A stretch of DNA of 64,000 nt, from contig CAWFSW010000008.1 of the NCBI GenBank assembly GCA_963818605.1, positions 2,589-66,588 of the forward strand. The letters run 5' to 3'. Position 1 is the first letter of the stretch, and each line of letters starts with the position of its first letter. Under the pieces are notes generated by a model. That model made no database searches, was not told the DNA's origin, and saw only the letters and a list, made by a program, of their open reading frames with translations. The translations under genes were made by a program, and so were the position numbers. The stretch comes from an uncultured Acidobacteriota bacterium (GTDB lineage: Bacteria > Acidobacteriota > Terriglobia > Acidiferrales > UBA7541). This document shows, one piece after another, positions 48,092 to 57,504 of the stretch.

Positions 48092-50248
48092 ATGATTCGA
48101 GGTTTGAAGTTTGCGTTTGCGGCCCTTTTGTTGATCGCGTTTCCGATGTTGCTCGCCGCGCAGTCTTCCAGTTCGAAACACACCGCGGTTAGCGAAGCGC
48201 AGGTCGCCGCTGGTTGCACCAGCTTCATTGCGGCAACTACGACCGTCGGCGGATCCGGCTCGGCCGCGCCGGGCGACAACAGCAAACCATCTCACGGCTT
48301 CGACCTAGCGAATCTCGACCGCTCGGTCACGCCTTGCAGTGATTTCTACCAGTTCTCGTCCGGCGGTTGGATGAAGAACAATCCAATCCCCGCCGATCGT
48401 TCCACGTGGGCGGTTTTCAGCACGCTCAACGCTTCCAACGAAGACGCCTTGCACCAGATTCTCGAGGATGCCGCCAAGGACAAGTCCGCGGCGCCCGGCT
48501 CAAACCGCCAGAAGATCGGCGATTTCTACGCGAGCTGCATGAACGAGCCGCAAATCGACGCGACTGGCACGAAGCCGCTTGATCCGGAGTTCGCGCGCAT
48601 CGCCGCGATCAAGGACATACCAAGCCTGCAGGCCGAGATCGCGCATTTGCAGCGCATCGGCGTGGATGCGGTTTTCGGATTCGGTTCGCAGCAGGACTTC
48701 AAAGACAGCAAGCAGGTCATTTTCGCTGCCGGGCAGGGCGGGCTTGGGATGCCCGACCGGCAGTATTACCTCGATGACGACGACCGATCCAAACAGCTTC
48801 GCGCCGGTTACGTCCAGCACGTCACCAATATGTTCAAGCTGTTGGGCGATGACGACGTCACGTCCGCCGCGGAAGCCAAAGTCGTCCTGGATATCGAGAC
48901 CGCGTTCGCCAAAGCCGCCACGAAGCGCGAGGATTTGCGCGACCCCGAGAAAAATTACCACATGATGGCGCTCGCTCAAGTTGCGGATCTCACTCCGCAT
49001 TTCTCCTGGCCCGAATATTTCAAGGAGGTCGGCGCTCCTAGCGTGTCGGAAGTCGATGTCGCCCAGCCCGATGCTATGAAAGCCGTGGATGCCGCTCTTG
49101 CTTCCGTATCGCTCGCGGACTGGAAGACATATCTCCGCTGGCACCTGATTCACAACGACGCCCACACGTTGTCCTCGAAGTTTGTTGACGAGAATTTCGA
49201 CTTTTACGGAAAGCAGCTCACCGGCGCAAAAGAGAACTTGCCACGCTGGCGCCGATGCGTGGAAGCGACCGACGGGGAACTCGGCGAAGCCCTCGGCCAA
49301 TTATATGTCGAGCGCTATTTCCCGCCGGAAGCCAAGGCTCGCGCAACTGAGCTGGTCCGCAATCTGATCGCTGCGCTGCGCGAGGATCTCTCGACTCTCG
49401 ATTGGATGAGCCCCGCGACCCGCCAGCAGGCCCTCCACAAGCTCGACGCCATGAACCTCAAGATCGGCTATCCAGACAAATGGCGGGACTACTCCGCTTT
49501 TCGCGTGGATCGCGGCGCATACGTGGAAAATGTCACCCGCGGCGATACGTTCGAACAGGCTCGCGACCTGGCCAAGATCGGCAAGCCCGTTGACCGCAGC
49601 GAATGGCGGATGACGCCTCCGACCGTCAACGCCTACTACACGCCTCTGCACAACGAAATTGTTTTTCCCGCGGGGATTCTCCAGCCGCCGTTCTTCGATG
49701 CCAAGGCGGACGATGCATTCAATTACGGCAGCATCGGCTCCGTGATCGGTCATGAAATGACGCACGGCTTTGACGATCAGGGTGCGCAGTTCGACGCCGA
49801 CGGCAATCTGAAGAGCTGGTGGACGCCGGAGGACTTGAAGAACTTTAAGGAGCGCGGCGACTGCATCGAGAAACAGTTTAGTGCTTTTGAAGTTGAACCA
49901 GGCTTGCACGGCAACGGGAAGCTGGAGGAAGGCGAAAGCATCGCCGATCTCGGCGGACTCGTGATCGCCTACGCCGCATATCAAAAGACGCTCGCCGGTA
50001 AGCCCGCTCCTCCAGACATAGACGGTTTCACGAGCGACCAGCGTTTCTTTCTTGGTTACGCCGCACACTGGGCTGCGAACTTCCGGCCCGAGGCGGCGCG
50101 TCTTCGCGCCAAGACGGACCCGCATCCACTGAACTCTTTTCGAGTGGACGGCCCCCTTTCGAACATGCCGATATTTGCAAAAGCGTGGGGATGCGCCGCG
50201 GATTCGAAAATGGTGCGCCCCGACGCGATTCGCTGCCGCATCTGGTGA
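48092..50248 (+). CDS. M13-family zinc metallopeptidase (PepO / endothelin-converting-enzyme-like)
   Basis: Signal peptide MIRGLKFAFAALLLIAFPMLLAAQ, HEMTHGFDD zinc site, and ENIADLGG-like EGESIADLGG. Confidence 0.9.
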   Translation: MIRGLKFAFAALLLIAFPMLLAAQSSSSKHTAVSEAQVAAGCTSFIAATTTVGGSGSAAPGDNSKPSHGFDLANLDRSVTPCSDFYQFSSGGWMKNNPIPADRSTWAVFSTLNASNEDALHQILEDAAKDKSAAPGSNRQKIGDFYASCMNEPQIDATGTKPLDPEFARIAAIKDIPSLQAEIAHLQRIGVDAVFGFGSQQDFKDSKQVIFAAGQGGLGMPDRQYYLDDDDRSKQLRAGYVQHVTNMFKLLGDDDVTSAAEAKVVLDIETAFAKAATKREDLRDPEKNYHMMALAQVADLTPHFSWPEYFKEVGAPSVSEVDVAQPDAMKAVDAALASVSLADWKTYLRWHLIHNDAHTLSSKFVDENFDFYGKQLTGAKENLPRWRRCVEATDGELGEALGQLYVERYFPPEAKARATELVRNLIAALREDLSTLDWMSPATRQQALHKLDAMNLKIGYPDKWRDYSAFRVDRGAYVENVTRGDTFEQARDLAKIGKPVDRSEWRMTPPTVNAYYTPLHNEIVFPAGILQPPFFDAKADDAFNYGSIGSVIGHEMTHGFDDQGAQFDADGNLKSWWTPEDLKNFKERGDCIEKQFSAFEVEPGLHGNGKLEEGESIADLGGLVIAYAAYQKTLAGKPAPPDIDGFTSDQRFFLGYAAHWAANFRPEAARLRAKTDPHPLNSFRVDGPLSNMPIFAKAWGCAADSKMVRPDAIRCRIW

Positions 50249-50326
50249 CGATCCGATCAGGATCGTCACCCCGAGGCGGGCGATTTTGCCCGCCGAAGGG
50301 TTGGCGATTGGCTTTTCGCGGTTTCG

Positions 50327-50840
50327 CTACTTCTTCTTTTTCGCCAGGATGCGTTCGATCTGCTCGAAGTGGTTGATGTCGTGGCCCGAGAACATTCGCG
50401 CGATCATCTCGACGCTCTCTTCGCCGCGTTCGTTGTGCATCCCGGCGTGCTTCCACTGTTCCGGACTCAGTGATTTCAGCAGCGCGAGATTGGCTTCCCG
50501 CAGCGCGCGATACTGCGCGAACGAATTCTTCAGGTTGCGCTTGTCGTAGTGCAGCGCTTTCACCCACACATCCTGATCGAAGCCGATGATTTGCGTTCCC
50601 GGCTGCTCCCAAAATTGCGCGGATGCGGTATCCGCCGACGAGTTCCGTGTCCGCGATGTGCGCCACGATCTCTGAAATGGACCATTTGTCCGGCGCGGGG
50701 CGCTTGCGTGCCTTCGCCGGGCTGACGCCCCGCAGCAACTTCGCGAGTCTCGCCGGCGCCGCCGCTTGCAGCTTCAGCGGGTCGCGCCCTTCCATGAAAT
50801 CGAACATCCGCTTCTTGTATTGCTCCGCCGTTTCCTGCAT
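50327..50840 (-). pseudogene. DinB-family protein, reading frame broken once
   Basis: ...WSISEIVAHIADTELVGGYRIRAILGAAG|TQIIGFDQDVWVKALHYDKRN...MIARMFSGHDINHFEQI. An extra base sits in the CCC run at 50598-50600. Confidence 0.7.
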
Positions 50841-51131
50841 GGTTCTGCTCCTTCCCGAACAGTAGGATAGCCGATTGTAAGGCACCGCCCAGCCGCCAGC
50901 CATGAATGGAGCGTGACTTTCGGGCGCCTTTCAGAGACAAATTGGCGGTCAATCCGCCGGAACACCCCGCGCTGCGGCCGGTATTTCCCATTCTGGAAAC
51001 TGAGCTTGCCAACCGGACCGGGCCAACTACGCCTGCATCGTACAATTTAAGGGTGTTTCCGGGGCTGTGCGGCGTCTCGGGATGCAGTCCGCCGCGATCC
51101 CTGTTGCAAGTGACTCTCAGAGGCGAAGACC

Positions 51132-51914
51132 GTGGCCTTGAAGACGGCGGATACTCGTCCGGCCAAACCCGAAGATCAGGAGCTTGCTCTCAAGCTCGAA
51201 GAGCAAGCCACGCTCGAAGCCGAGCTTGCCGATCGCGAACTGCGTTCGGCCAATCTGCGTGCCGAGCTGTCGGCGTTCGAGCGCCAATACCTCCATTTTG
51301 TCGGCTCGCGCTATGCCGAACTCGATGAATGGAAGGCCCAAATTGCCGAGCGGTTGGTCACTGAACAGCCCGGAAACGAACGCGCGCTGCACGCGGCGCG
51401 TGAGGCTCGCGGCCGCGCCGGCGAGACGAAATCCGTCGCGGGAGAGAAATCGGAGCACGAGCCCCGGTCTTTCCACGCCTCTCCCGAAATGAAGAGCCTC
51501 TATCGCGAGGTTGCGCGCCGCGTGCACCCCGATCTCACCTCGGACCGCGACGACCGCGCCAAGCGCCAGCTATTGATGGCCGAAGCCAATCAGGCGTATG
51601 AGCGTGGAGATCAGGCGCGCCTCGAAAAAATTCTGACGGCCTACGAGCACAGCCCCGAAGCAGTCGAAGGCGAAGGACCGGGCGCGGAGCTGATTCGCGT
51701 GATTCGTCGCGTCAGCCAGGCGCGCGGCAGGCTCGCGGAAATCGAAGCGGAGTTGCAAGGCTTGCTGCGCTCCGATCTGCATCAGCTGAAATCGCGCGTG
51801 GACGAGGCCGAGAAGAGCGGCCACGATGTGCTGAAAGATATGATCGCGAAGGTGGACGAACAGATTGCGCTCGCGAAGCAGCGCCTTGAGGCGCCTGCTC
51901 CGCTCTCCCGCTGA
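51132..51914 (+). CDS. J-domain (DnaJ-like) protein flanked by coiled coils
   Basis: MKSLYREVARRVHPDLTSDRDDRAKRQLLMAEANQAYERGDQARLEKIL contains the HPD tripeptide in a J-domain context. GTG start. Confidence 0.7.
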   Translation: MALKTADTRPAKPEDQELALKLEEQATLEAELADRELRSANLRAELSAFERQYLHFVGSRYAELDEWKAQIAERLVTEQPGNERALHAAREARGRAGETKSVAGEKSEHEPRSFHASPEMKSLYREVARRVHPDLTSDRDDRAKRQLLMAEANQAYERGDQARLEKILTAYEHSPEAVEGEGPGAELIRVIRRVSQARGRLAEIEAELQGLLRSDLHQLKSRVDEAEKSGHDVLKDMIAKVDEQIALAKQRLEAPAPLSR

Positions 51915-53206
51915 TGGAAACCCAGGAAAAATCTCCGGCGAAGCAGATTGTGCGCGCGCCCGCGCAGGCGCTGGCGGTGCGCTCGGCGGCATTGGTGACG
52001 CGCGGCTTGCGCGACCTCGCGCGCGATTCCAATTGGCTGATCAAGAAAGTGTTCACAGGCAGATCGTCGCAGCTCGTGATTTCACCAGCCGGTGAAGTGT
52101 GCGCCCTTTCGCCGCTGGTGCGGCAGGGAACCGAGCGAATCGCGCTCTACGACATCGAGCGCGGCGTACCCACGATTGCTCTCGCGGTTCCGGGCGAGCC
52201 GGACGTATGTCCGCCGGGCCTGCCCGCTGCGTTTGCGTGGTCGCCGACGGCGCGGCACCTGGTCGCCGCATGGGGCGGCTGGCTGCCTGAGCTGCACGCC
52301 TTCGATCTCCACGGAAAAGTTTTTCTCGGCGGCTTTGGCGACTTCAAGAGTTTTCCCTCATGCGTGACGTGGTCGGACACGGGGAACTATTTCGCTGCGG
52401 CGTCGCGCGGGGGCGGGGAAGCACGGCTTCGATTGTGGCCGGCGTCCAAGCAATCAGCCGCCATGCCGTTCGCTGCAGACCCGGTTGCCGAACTTCGTGC
52501 GCCCATCTCAAGCGACAATTGGTTTCAGACTCAATCAGTGGACGCGGAATCCGGCGACGAGGGCGTGTTCTCTGGTTTCGGCCGCACCGCTTTCAGCCCG
52601 GACGAAGGCACGCTCGCGAGCGTCGTTGAAATCGAAGGCGAGTGGGCGGACGATTCGATCGTTCTGTTGGACGTGCCCAGCCTTCGACGGCTGCAGGTGA
52701 TTCCGGCGCAAGGGCGCATCACCGACATCGCGTGGACGCCGGACAGCCGCCAGCTGATCTACTGCTCGGCCGGGCAGGCATATCGTCTTGCGGCGGGAGC
52801 CGCGGCACAGGTTCCCGAACGTCTCCGCAGTTTAGGGGGTCGGAGCGGAACTTGCCCCGAGCAAAGCCGAGGGGGCTCCGACATGACATCCACGCCTCCA
52901 TCAGGGGTTTTAACCCCTGAGGCATCGGCTTTGGCCTCTCCCGCGATCTCGGAAGCCGAGTCGCTACCTTTCGGCGCCGAACTCTGCGCCTGCCATCCGC
53001 AATTGCCGTTGTGCCTGTGCTTCAGTTCGTGGCTCAAGAATTCCGCCAAGGGCCGCTTGTTCCTCGTCGATTTGAACCGGCTCACGGTTTTCGACGAATA
53101 CGCCGCCGAAGGCGTCGTCAACATTCGCTGGTCGCTCGACGGCTCCAAAGCCTACGCCGTCACCGCCGACGGCCTCGCCTACATCTACGACCCCCCGCTT
53201 CTTTGA
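51914..53206 (+). CDS. beta-propeller-like (WD40-like) repeat protein, hypothetical
   Basis: The ATG overlaps the J-domain gene stop (TGATG-type overlap at 51912-51916). There are repeated strand-like motifs (AFAWSPTARHLVAA, VTWSDTGNYFAAA, IAWTPDSRQLIYC, IRWSLDGSKAYAV). Confidence 0.55.
   Translation: METQEKSPAKQIVRAPAQALAVRSAALVTRGLRDLARDSNWLIKKVFTGRSSQLVISPAGEVCALSPLVRQGTERIALYDIERGVPTIALAVPGEPDVCPPGLPAAFAWSPTARHLVAAWGGWLPELHAFDLHGKVFLGGFGDFKSFPSCVTWSDTGNYFAAASRGGGEARLRLWPASKQSAAMPFAADPVAELRAPISSDNWFQTQSVDAESGDEGVFSGFGRTAFSPDEGTLASVVEIEGEWADDSIVLLDVPSLRRLQVIPAQGRITDIAWTPDSRQLIYCSAGQAYRLAAGAAAQVPERLRSLGGRSGTCPEQSRGGSDMTSTPPSGVLTPEASALASPAISEAESLPFGAELCACHPQLPLCLCFSSWLKNSAKGRLFLVDLNRLTVFDEYAAEGVVNIRWSLDGSKAYAVTADGLAYIYDPPLL
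52831..52922 (+). repeat. family A double-hairpin repeat lying in frame inside the propeller-like CDS
   Basis: TTTAGGGGGTCGGAGC...GCTCCGACAT...CAGGGGTTTTAACCCCTGAG matches the reverse complement of 28203-28270. It encodes about 30 low-complexity residues (LGGRSGTCPEQSRGGSDMTSTPPSGVLTPEA). Confidence 0.6.
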
Positions 53207-53365
53207 ACACCGTAAGACCCTATTCATTGATTCGGTCGGACAGGCACTCTCTTCTGCCTTCTTGCGAGATGCTCCGATATTTAATCAGCATGTTAAGGAA
53301 CTGTATGGGATATACTGCGCGGCGCTGACGATCTCTTCGAAAGATCCGGAGGCACCGTCTCCGCG

Positions 53366-54979
53366 ATGGTTTGCGCAAATTGCGGCCTCAATAACATCGA
53401 TGGATCGAACTTCTGCATCGGCTGTGGCCACGCCCTGAAGGCTGCCGCTTCTGACAGCTATGTGGTATTGGTTAGCGATCTTCCTGATTCTTGCCGTGCC
53501 CGCCTGCTGGAGGCCGTTAAGAATCCTCCGCCCGAAACCTTCGTCATCAGTGAATCGAAGTCGGGCTGGGCCATGGCTACCCTCATAGGAAGCGTTTTTG
53601 GAATCTTCATTGTGGTAGCCCAAGCCAACGCTTACAAGTGGCAACAAGAAGAGGTACTCATCTACCTGGCGGTTACGGTCGGGTGCTTCGTTGCTGGATT
53701 GTCCGCACTGCGATACTTGCTGAGGTTTTTCGGTGCGGATTTCAGGGCTCACGCGCTCATAAATCCGCTCTACTTTCTCCGAATTCGATTTGGTCGGATC
53801 GATGTCGTGAGCCTGCTGAGTCCCGACGCCTGGCGCGTAAGCCACAAGAAAGACTTGCAGGGCAATTACGGAGGCTCGATTTTCTCGTTTCGGGGTGCCG
53901 AAGGCCCGCTCAAACTGAAGGTCGAGGCTATGCCAGCCGCGAATCAACTGGTGTCGGCCCTGAACAGGTTTCCAAGTTTCATTGCAGAACTGTTCGAACG
54001 CGAGGACTTCGACAGGTTGCGGGGGCTCGATCTTCTGTTTGAATGGCGGCAACGGGAGAAATCGTTTCCGCGAGCTTCTCCTAGCTTAAATTCACGACGC
54101 AGGACCCTCTGGAGTCACCTCGGCCCCGCTGCGTCCGCGGCAGTTGTTGCTGCGCTTGTCTTTTACTTGGCAATTTCACCCTTTAACGATCACTGTGACG
54201 ATGAACTCCGATGGGGAACCGCCAAGACGACCGCTACCGCGACGGCGTATCGCCTGTATACGGCATCCAGGCCGAATGGTGCGCACGTTTCAGATGCTAC
54301 GGAGGCAATCTCCGCACTTTACGACCAAGCTGCTGTGAGTTACCGGGAGTCGGGAGGCCAGGCCACGTCGGCTGGTATCGAGGCAATAATCAAGATTCTC
54401 GGATACGCAAAACGCACAGGTCGATACAAGGTAGTCGTTCTTTTCACCGACGACAACGAAATCCCCGATGACATCGATCAGCGCATCGAGGCGCACTACG
54501 GAGTCTCTAAGATCGTCCCCGTACTTCCGTCTTTCAGTCCTTCGATGAACCAGGCGCGACAGGAGCGGATTCTACAGCGAATATCGTCCAGCTTCGGAAA
54601 CGTCATCCCCGGAGACATCCTACAATTCGTCCATGGAGAGGCAGGCCCTAGAGATCCAGTGTTCAACATCACGTATGTCATCACCGCAAGCGGGGATCTC
54701 TACTATCCGGAGAAGCAACGACTCCTCGCTGAAGCACGCCGCGACTGGTACACTGGAATTTCGTTTGTGTGGAACTTCGATATTAGTGTGCCAGACGCCA
54801 ACGCCTCGAAATTCAAGTTCTCGCTAACGTCAAACCCAGCGGAACAGTTCAACGTGAGCTACGAGCAAGCTGGCGGAAGCGATGCGGGATTTTCGCCTGT
54901 TCAGGCATACGGTGCCATGGCCGACAGCGCATTTGACGATTTTGGTTCAAAACTTCTAGCTGAGTTGTCGGTGAGGTAA
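53366..54979 (+). CDS. zinc-ribbon membrane protein with a large uncharacterised C-terminal domain, lower-GC orphan
   Basis: N-terminal CANCG...CIGCG ribbon, about 3 hydrophobic helices, and a ~280-aa C-terminal region with no domain I recognise. Confidence 0.55.
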   Translation: MVCANCGLNNIDGSNFCIGCGHALKAAASDSYVVLVSDLPDSCRARLLEAVKNPPPETFVISESKSGWAMATLIGSVFGIFIVVAQANAYKWQQEEVLIYLAVTVGCFVAGLSALRYLLRFFGADFRAHALINPLYFLRIRFGRIDVVSLLSPDAWRVSHKKDLQGNYGGSIFSFRGAEGPLKLKVEAMPAANQLVSALNRFPSFIAELFEREDFDRLRGLDLLFEWRQREKSFPRASPSLNSRRRTLWSHLGPAASAAVVAALVFYLAISPFNDHCDDELRWGTAKTTATATAYRLYTASRPNGAHVSDATEAISALYDQAAVSYRESGGQATSAGIEAIIKILGYAKRTGRYKVVVLFTDDNEIPDDIDQRIEAHYGVSKIVPVLPSFSPSMNQARQERILQRISSSFGNVIPGDILQFVHGEAGPRDPVFNITYVITASGDLYYPEKQRLLAEARRDWYTGISFVWNFDISVPDANASKFKFSLTSNPAEQFNVSYEQAGGSDAGFSPVQAYGAMADSAFDDFGSKLLAELSVR

Positions 54980-54989
54980 TAGGCAACGG

Positions 54990-55865
54990 CTACCTTAGGC
55001 GCTGGCCGATCATTTTCTCGGTCCATTGCCAGATTTCGGCGTGACACTTTTGGATCCCGCGAGAGCGGGCTGGATTTGGCTTTTCCTTCGATTTGACGAA
55101 GTATTTTCCGGCCACCTGAGCGACGTCCGGGGAAGTCGCCGCGTAGAGTGTGCACTCGGCGCCCCGCTTCGAATCGAGCATGAAGGGTCTCATCAGCGCC
55201 ACAATCACTTTGAAAGCGCCGCGCGAACCGTTGAAGATATTCGTGGCCACCACCCCCGGATGCAGGCAGTTGCACGTTACGCCCGTTCCCTCCAGCCTTT
55301 GCGCCAGCGCGAACGTAAACGCGTTCATCATCAGTTTCGACCGGCCATACATCGCCAACCCGCCCATGATCCCTGGCTCCGCAGTCTGCACGCGGCTTAT
55401 CTCAAGCTGTTTCGCGCTTCCATGCGCCTCGGACGAAACATTGATGATCCGCGAGGGCGCGCCGGCTTTCAGCAGATCGAGCACCAGAAAAGTCAGCAGC
55501 GCCGCACCAAGGTGATTTGTCGCCAGCGTTAATTCGATGCCGTCGGCCGAAAGTTGTCCCGCTCCGGCGCCCCCGCCCGCATTGTTGATCAGCACGTCGA
55601 GCCGCGCATACTTCTCGTGAATCTGTTTTGCAAGCTCGCGCACGGACGCCTGGCTCGACATGTCCGCAATCAGCAGGTCAACTTGCGAGCTTCCCGATTC
55701 GCGGCGAACGTCCTCGAGCGCCGCTTTACCTTTTTCGACGTTTCGGGAAACCATCACGACGTGCGCGCCCATTTGCGCGAGGCCCAGCGCAGTCTCTTTC
55801 CCGATCCCGCTATTCGCTCCCGTCACGACGCATATCTTCCCGTTCATGTTCGCGCGTTCGCTCAT
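54990..55865 (-). CDS. short-chain dehydrogenase/reductase (SDR)
   Basis: VVTGANSGIGKE, NNAG, and the S...Y...K region. Start set at MSERANMNGK with GAGGG upstream. Confidence 0.9.
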   Translation of the reverse strand: MSERANMNGKICVVTGANSGIGKETALGLAQMGAHVVMVSRNVEKGKAALEDVRRESGSSQVDLLIADMSSQASVRELAKQIHEKYARLDVLINNAGGGAGAGQLSADGIELTLATNHLGAALLTFLVLDLLKAGAPSRIINVSSEAHGSAKQLEISRVQTAEPGIMGGLAMYGRSKLMMNAFTFALAQRLEGTGVTCNCLHPGVVATNIFNGSRGAFKVIVALMRPFMLDSKRGAECTLYAATSPDVAQVAGKYFVKSKEKPNPARSRGIQKCHAEIWQWTEKMIGQRLR

Positions 55866-56178
55866 CTCATCCCTCGCCCTCGCTCCTACCCAAAAAGTCC
55901 ACAGGCGCAGTTCCGCTTGCTTTTCGCTCGGCATGTTAGCGTGATTTTGGAATGAAAGGAATGTGACGATGCAACCAGCAGTTGTGGTGAGCACAGCCGA
56001 ACCATCGGCATCGCGAGTCCGCCCACGGCGGAGGAGCCGAGGTATCTCTCTTGGCGGGCACTTCAGCCGACCTCGGCATCTCCTCACCCGCGGTGCGCCG
56101 ATGACCAGAATATGCGGGGTACCGTCCGACGTCGAACACGGCCGCTCCAGCCGTCGGCGGTGCCGCGAATCACGTCGC

Positions 56179-56257
56179 AATTACTCGACACACGTGTCGA
56201 GTAAATTTGTCCGTAACTTACTGAAAACAAAGAAAAGGGTACACAATTACTCGACAC
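56179..56257 (+). repeat. family E repeat with a perfect 11-bp-arm palindrome (TTACTCGACAC AC GTGTCGAGTAA)
   Basis: Second copy of the element at 6875-6958. Lies between the tsaD stop and the SDR start. Confidence 0.65.
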
Positions 56258-56289
56258 AAAAACGAGGGGTGCGCGGATCGCGGAAAACG

Positions 56290-57417
56290 CTACGCGAGGG
56301 GCAGATTTGCTTCGGCGTTCAGCGTGTAATCGGCGCGTTCGCCGGCCACGAAACGCGCGTATCCCGCCGCTGCGATCATCGCGGCGTTGTCCGTCGAAAG
56401 CGCGCGGCTCGGGAAATAGACTTCGATTCCACGGCGCACGCCTTCCGCCTCAAACGAACGGCGAAGCTCGCTATTGGCCGCCACGCCTCCCGAAACCAGA
56501 ATGGTGCGTGCGGCGTGCTTTTCAGCCGCTGCGAGCGTGCGCGAGAGCAGGTTATCCACCACAGCACGCTGGAAACTTGCGATCAGATCGAGAGTCTCCG
56601 CGCTCGAAAGCGCGCGGAGTGCGTCGGCGCTTCGGTCGCCACGCGCAAGCGCCTGCCTTCGCGCCTCGATTTCGGGCTCGAGCTGCGGGTTGCGGCGCAG
56701 GTGGTACAGCACCGCAGTCTTGATTCCGCTAAAGCTGAAATCGAACACGTTTCCGCTCATCTTCGGCTCGTTGAAGCGGATCGCTTGCGCGTTTCCGTGC
56801 GCCGCAAGGCGGTCAATGATCGGACCGCCGGGATAGCCCAGCCCGAGCATCCGTGCGACCTTGTCGTAGGCCTCGCCGGCGGCATCATCGCGCGTGCCGC
56901 CAATTCGCGCATAGGAAAACTGCTCGCCGCCATTCGCGCGCTCTTGCTTCACGTGGTAAAGAATCGTGTGTCCGCCGGAAACAATCAGGCAAACCGCAGG
57001 CAGCTTCGGCTCGCGCCCGGCGGCATGCGCTTCGAGAAACACGGCGTGGACGTGCCCTTCCAGATGATTCACTCCGATCAGCGGCTTCCCGAGCGCCTGC
57101 GCCAGCACCTTGCCGTAGGTCACGCCGACGAGCAGCGCGCCGACCAACCCTGGCCCGTGCGTGACGGCCACGGCGTCCACATCTTTCAGCGACAGGTGCG
57201 CTTGCTCGACCGCTTCCCGCACCACCGGCACGATTTGCCGAAGGTGCTCGCGCGACGCAAGCTCCGGCACCACGCCGCCGTATTTGCGATGAATCTCGGT
57301 CTGCGACGCGACTACGCTCGAAAGAATTCGCCGGCCGCCGGCGACGATCGCCGCGGCTGTCTCGTCGCACGAGGATTCAATACCGAGAATCGTGTATTCG
57401 TCTGCGATCACAACCAT
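56290..57417 (-). CDS. tsaD: tRNA N6-adenosine threonylcarbamoyltransferase
   Basis: ILGIESSCDETAAAIV...HLEGH...GGVAAN pattern, full length. Confidence 0.95.
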   Translation of the reverse strand: MVVIADEYTILGIESSCDETAAAIVAGGRRILSSVVASQTEIHRKYGGVVPELASREHLRQIVPVVREAVEQAHLSLKDVDAVAVTHGPGLVGALLVGVTYGKVLAQALGKPLIGVNHLEGHVHAVFLEAHAAGREPKLPAVCLIVSGGHTILYHVKQERANGGEQFSYARIGGTRDDAAGEAYDKVARMLGLGYPGGPIIDRLAAHGNAQAIRFNEPKMSGNVFDFSFSGIKTAVLYHLRRNPQLEPEIEARRQALARGDRSADALRALSSAETLDLIASFQRAVVDNLLSRTLAAAEKHAARTILVSGGVAANSELRRSFEAEGVRRGIEVYFPSRALSTDNAAMIAAAGYARFVAGERADYTLNAEANLPLA

Positions 57418-57504
57418 GCCTCAATCTTCGGAGTGACTCAAAAACGCTATGTTAGCATAGGCAGGAAGGCGCGCCGATCCGGGCCGGCCTTCCCAAAATA
57501 AAAT

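Noticed and set aside
50246-50294. Two hairpins (GACGATCC...GGATCGTC and GGCGGGC-GATTTT-GCCCGCC) between the convergent M13 peptidase and DinB-like genes, considered as terminators.
   Set aside because: Neither is followed by a T tract on either strand. They are possible but unsupported as intrinsic terminators, so they are not listed as features.
53285-54052. 255-aa minus-strand ORF overlapping the zinc-ribbon membrane gene.
   Set aside because: The plus-strand frame has the coherent architecture (ribbon, TM helices) and continues for 537 codons. The minus-strand ORF has no features and would overlap it completely.
6875-56257. The idea that the two family E copies (6875 and 56179) are attL/attR ends of a 49-kb integrated element.
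   Set aside because: The interval is filled with core housekeeping genes (fumC, truA, leuCD) at host-like GC. It contains no integrase, transposase or phage genes.
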